From: Eledone cirrhosa | Taxonomy: Eukaryota | Assembly (NCBI GenBank): GCA_964016885.1 | Contig: OZ024742.1 | Coordinates: 53,630,001 to 53,694,000, forward strand | Direction: 5' to 3' | DNA length: 64,000 nucleotides | Shown here: positions 60,869 through 64,000 of the stretch, piece by piece | How the letters are laid out: each line of letters begins with the position of its first letter | Numbering within the stretch: position 1 is the stretch's first letter | Notes under the pieces: model-generated | What the model saw: only the letters and a program-made list of their open reading frames with translations | What the model was told of the DNA's origin: nothing | Databases searched by the model: none | Made by a program: the position numbers and the translations under genes

Positions 60869-63483
60869 TTCTTCTGGTTTTATAATTTCACAAAGTTTTA
60901 CCAATAGGGAGAGAGTCGGTTTCTAACATAGACACAAGACTCTCTCATTGGAATTTACACAACATCAACTAGGTAGATATGTATGTATGCATGCATATGT
61001 AGATATGGATGTTATTGTATGTGTGAAGGTGTATGTTTTGAGTTGTATGTGTGCATGTGTATATGCTTTGCATCTGTACATGTGTATATGCAGTTATTAG
61101 ATGCAACATTTTTGGAATGTTTTACATGTTTTTACTGTTCCATTAATGGATTGTACTTGTAATTTCCTAAATAGTTGTGTTCTTTCTGTTCCCGTGAAGC
61201 CTAGCTTCTCAACATTTGTATTAAGGCAGTTACTAACATACCCCAGTGCCCCAATAATCACAGGCATAAATCTGAAGGTGTAATCAGGGTGGAGTATCTG
61301 CAGATTTCTCATCAGTTCTGCATAAATAATCTACTTTTCACTAATCTTTGATATTATATAGGCATCTGCTGGGCAGCTAGTTTCCACTACTGTGCATGCT
61401 TTCTTTTCCCTGTCCCATATCATGATATCTGGTCTGTTATGCCTGCATTTTATTGGGTTTTTACTGGAACATTCCACCAGTACTCTTTCATATTACGTAT
61501 ATGGATATCTTCCACATTGCTGTAGCTTTTAATGTGTTTATTATCGGGGCTATCTTTTTTACGGACTGCATCGTACAGTGTTTTGGCCACTACATCATGC
61601 CTCATAGGTAGATAGTAACGCGATGACATCTTTGGACAGCTGCTAATGACATGGGTGTTATCCTCGATGTTAATTCTGCAGAATCTGCACTTGTTATCAC
61701 ATCTGGGTGTTTTGCCTGCATCCCTATCTCTTTTGTGAATCAGGTATTTCGTGTTAATCTCCTGTTCTTGGATTGCAAAAGCGTATCCTTGAAAGTGGGA
61801 GCCAATATAGCGGTTGTTGGTCCAAGATAGACTACTTTCCTTATCTATATTACTCTCACTCTGGAACTTCCTGGCAGCATATCCCAAAATGATTTTTTGC
61901 TGATAAGTATGCAGTTTTTCATCCATGGATTCACTGCGATACTGCTGAGCGACTTCCCTGGGTGTGAGTTTTTGATTATCACACAGAGAATATATCTCGA
62001 GGAGTTCCTTCCCAACTCGCATGATATTATCTGTCTCATGCAGATAGACTTGCTCGAGAAACGGGCTCCTACGCTTCGAGGTTCGTAGATGTTGTCGAAG
62101 AAATATGATGCGACATTCAAAGGTTGTCTGGACTGATGTTAGGCCTCTGCCTCCCTGCTTACGTTTTAAGTAAAGGCGGTCTGTGTCACTGTTGATGTGG
62201 AAGTTCCCGGTATTGTTTAGTATTTTTCGAGTTCCAACACCAACTTCTCGAATTCCTTCTATCGTCCAATTGAGTATTCTAAACGTTAGTCTTAGGACAG
62301 GCACAGCAAACACATTGTGAGCCACTGTTTTGTTTTCGCAGAGAGTTTCGATGACCATATTTTTCTTAATCAGGTGTAGTATCCCCTGGTTACGCGTTTC
62401 TTATTACAGATACCATTATAGGATATGTTCTCATCTATCGCCAGGTATCTGTAGCAGTCCTCATCAGATATCGGTGAAACAGTTAAGCCATTGATGACAA
62501 TGTTGCTAGATTGGGTTGTTGTTTTTCCCCGCTTTACAGTCATGTATGAGCATTTATCTTGGCCAAACTCCATTCCTATATCCTTTGAACACGTTGGAAC
62601 CAGGTCAAGATTTTTCTTCATCCCATCCATGTTCTTGGCATAGAGTTTCAGATCGTCCACAAAGAAATTATGGGTTAGGTTCGTAGTTCTGTCCTCCTGT
62701 GAGCCAATGATGTATCCCTCATATTTCTTAAACAGAAACAGAAAGGACAAGGGGTTTAATGACAAGATGAATAATATCACAGAGAGACTGTGCCCCTGAA
62801 ATATACCCCTGCAAAATTTTATTTTATCAGTGAAAATAGAATCCTCCCTCTCTGTCTTTAACCTTAGGATAGTAGCCCAAGAAGAAGACAGCCTCTCTAT
62901 GGCTCTGACAATAATGTCTGGGACTTTAGCAAGTTGGAGGGCCTCTATCATCCAAGAGTGGGGAACAGAATCGAAAGCTTTCCTGTAGTCCATCAAGACT
63001 GTAGTCATATTCCTCCCAAGTTGTCGCACCTCCGACATCGCAGTTTTGTTGATTAGGAGTTGTTCAGCACATCCCCAAACCTCTTTCTTTCCAGCTGCTT
63101 GTTCATCTGTGATGATGTTATTATTTTCACAGTGATCTTGGAGGAATAGGTTCAGGCAGGCTATATACATCTTATACATCAGGTTCTGGTATGCAATGGA
63201 TCGGTTGTTTTTTGCCAAGTGGGTGTCTTTGTTCTTGGAGACCAGTAATGTTTGTGCTAATGTCAACCCATTCTGGTATAAGTGTATCTCCCTTAAGAAC
63301 TTGTTGGTAGAAGTCAATAAGATACCTTCGATAGAATATCAGTTTTTTGTACCAGTAGCCGACAATCATGTCTCTTCCTGGTGTTTTCTTATCTTGGAGT
63401 TTTCCTATCACAGTCTCAAGGGTACGCTCACTTATTTCGTATGTTTTTGTTTTTAGTGAAGGAGCAATAGTTCTTTCGGATTT
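60869..63483 (-). mobile_element. 5'-truncated, degenerate R4/Dong-like non-LTR retrotransposon (RT, CCHC and restriction-like endonuclease)
   Basis: Motifs EQLLIN, DYRKAFDSVPHSW, GIFQG..LS, FVDDLKLY, LYLKRKQGGRGL, AIQEQEI.T, CRFC...E...HVISSC, RHD, RPDIMIWD and PVIIGALG. Frameshifts present. (TATG)n on both sides. Confidence 0.9.
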
Positions 63484-63569
63484 GTATGTATGTATGTATG
63501 TATGTATGTATGTATGTATGTATGTATGTATGTATGTATGTATGTATGTATGTATGTATGTATGTATTA

Positions 63570-64000
63570 TGTCAGGTCACCAGTTGGTGCTACTGGTAAC
63601 ATGTATCCCAGTACAACCTGTCTCATCGTGGGGTCTTTGGCGACTAAACTGGCAGTCTCGTCAAGGTTTCTTGGTGAGGAGGGTGACTTTGGACATCCTG
63701 CAGGACTAAAAACAAAACCTGTCAAAGAGCAAAGGAGCTCTTAAGAGTCAATGGCCATCCAAAATCACCGGGAGAGATGACCCCTTAGCCTTTGTCAAGG
63801 CAGAATTCTAGGAGAAGGAAAACTCTGATATAACACCTGCAACCCTGATGGTATCCAATGATGTTGACTTGTTCTTCTTTTTGGTAAATATCATCTTGGT
63901 TAAGAGAGAGGGACTGGCTTTGTGCAGTGCTTTTGCTCACTATAAAAGCTTCACAGCACAGGCATTGCTTTATATCTGGAGATCTCTCTGCACTTGTCGT
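63570..64000 (+). mobile_element. Probable 5' UTR of an RTE-type LINE, running off the window
   Basis: Starts after (TATG)n and contains CTAGGAGAAGGAAAACTCTGA, a motif I recall from RTE 5' regions. No ORF is visible within the window. Confidence 0.4.

Overview
AT-rich eukaryotic DNA with dense microsatellites ((TA)n, (CA)n, (TATC)n, (TATG)n). The SINE families and repeat landscape suggest an octopus or other cephalopod (inference). No convincing host gene is present, and most listed ORFs are microsatellite read-throughs. The window is almost entirely transposable elements: at least five Penelope-like elements (PLEs; RT plus GIY-YIG), a head-to-tail array of three Tx1/L1-clade LINEs set in (TATC)n, an R4/Dong-like restriction-like-endonuclease (RLE) LINE bounded by (CATA)n, RTE fragments, a deleted mariner, a hAT-type MITE, Helitron ends and tRNA-derived SINEs. 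The main structure not shown by the ORF track is a set of type I hammerhead ribozyme (HHR) motifs. They occur in PLE 3' ends and in several non-coding, (TA)n-embedded fold-back elements. Some share a non-canonical U at the base of stem II, and several fold-back turning points lie in or next to the ribozyme. All folds were paired by eye and none is functionally tested.
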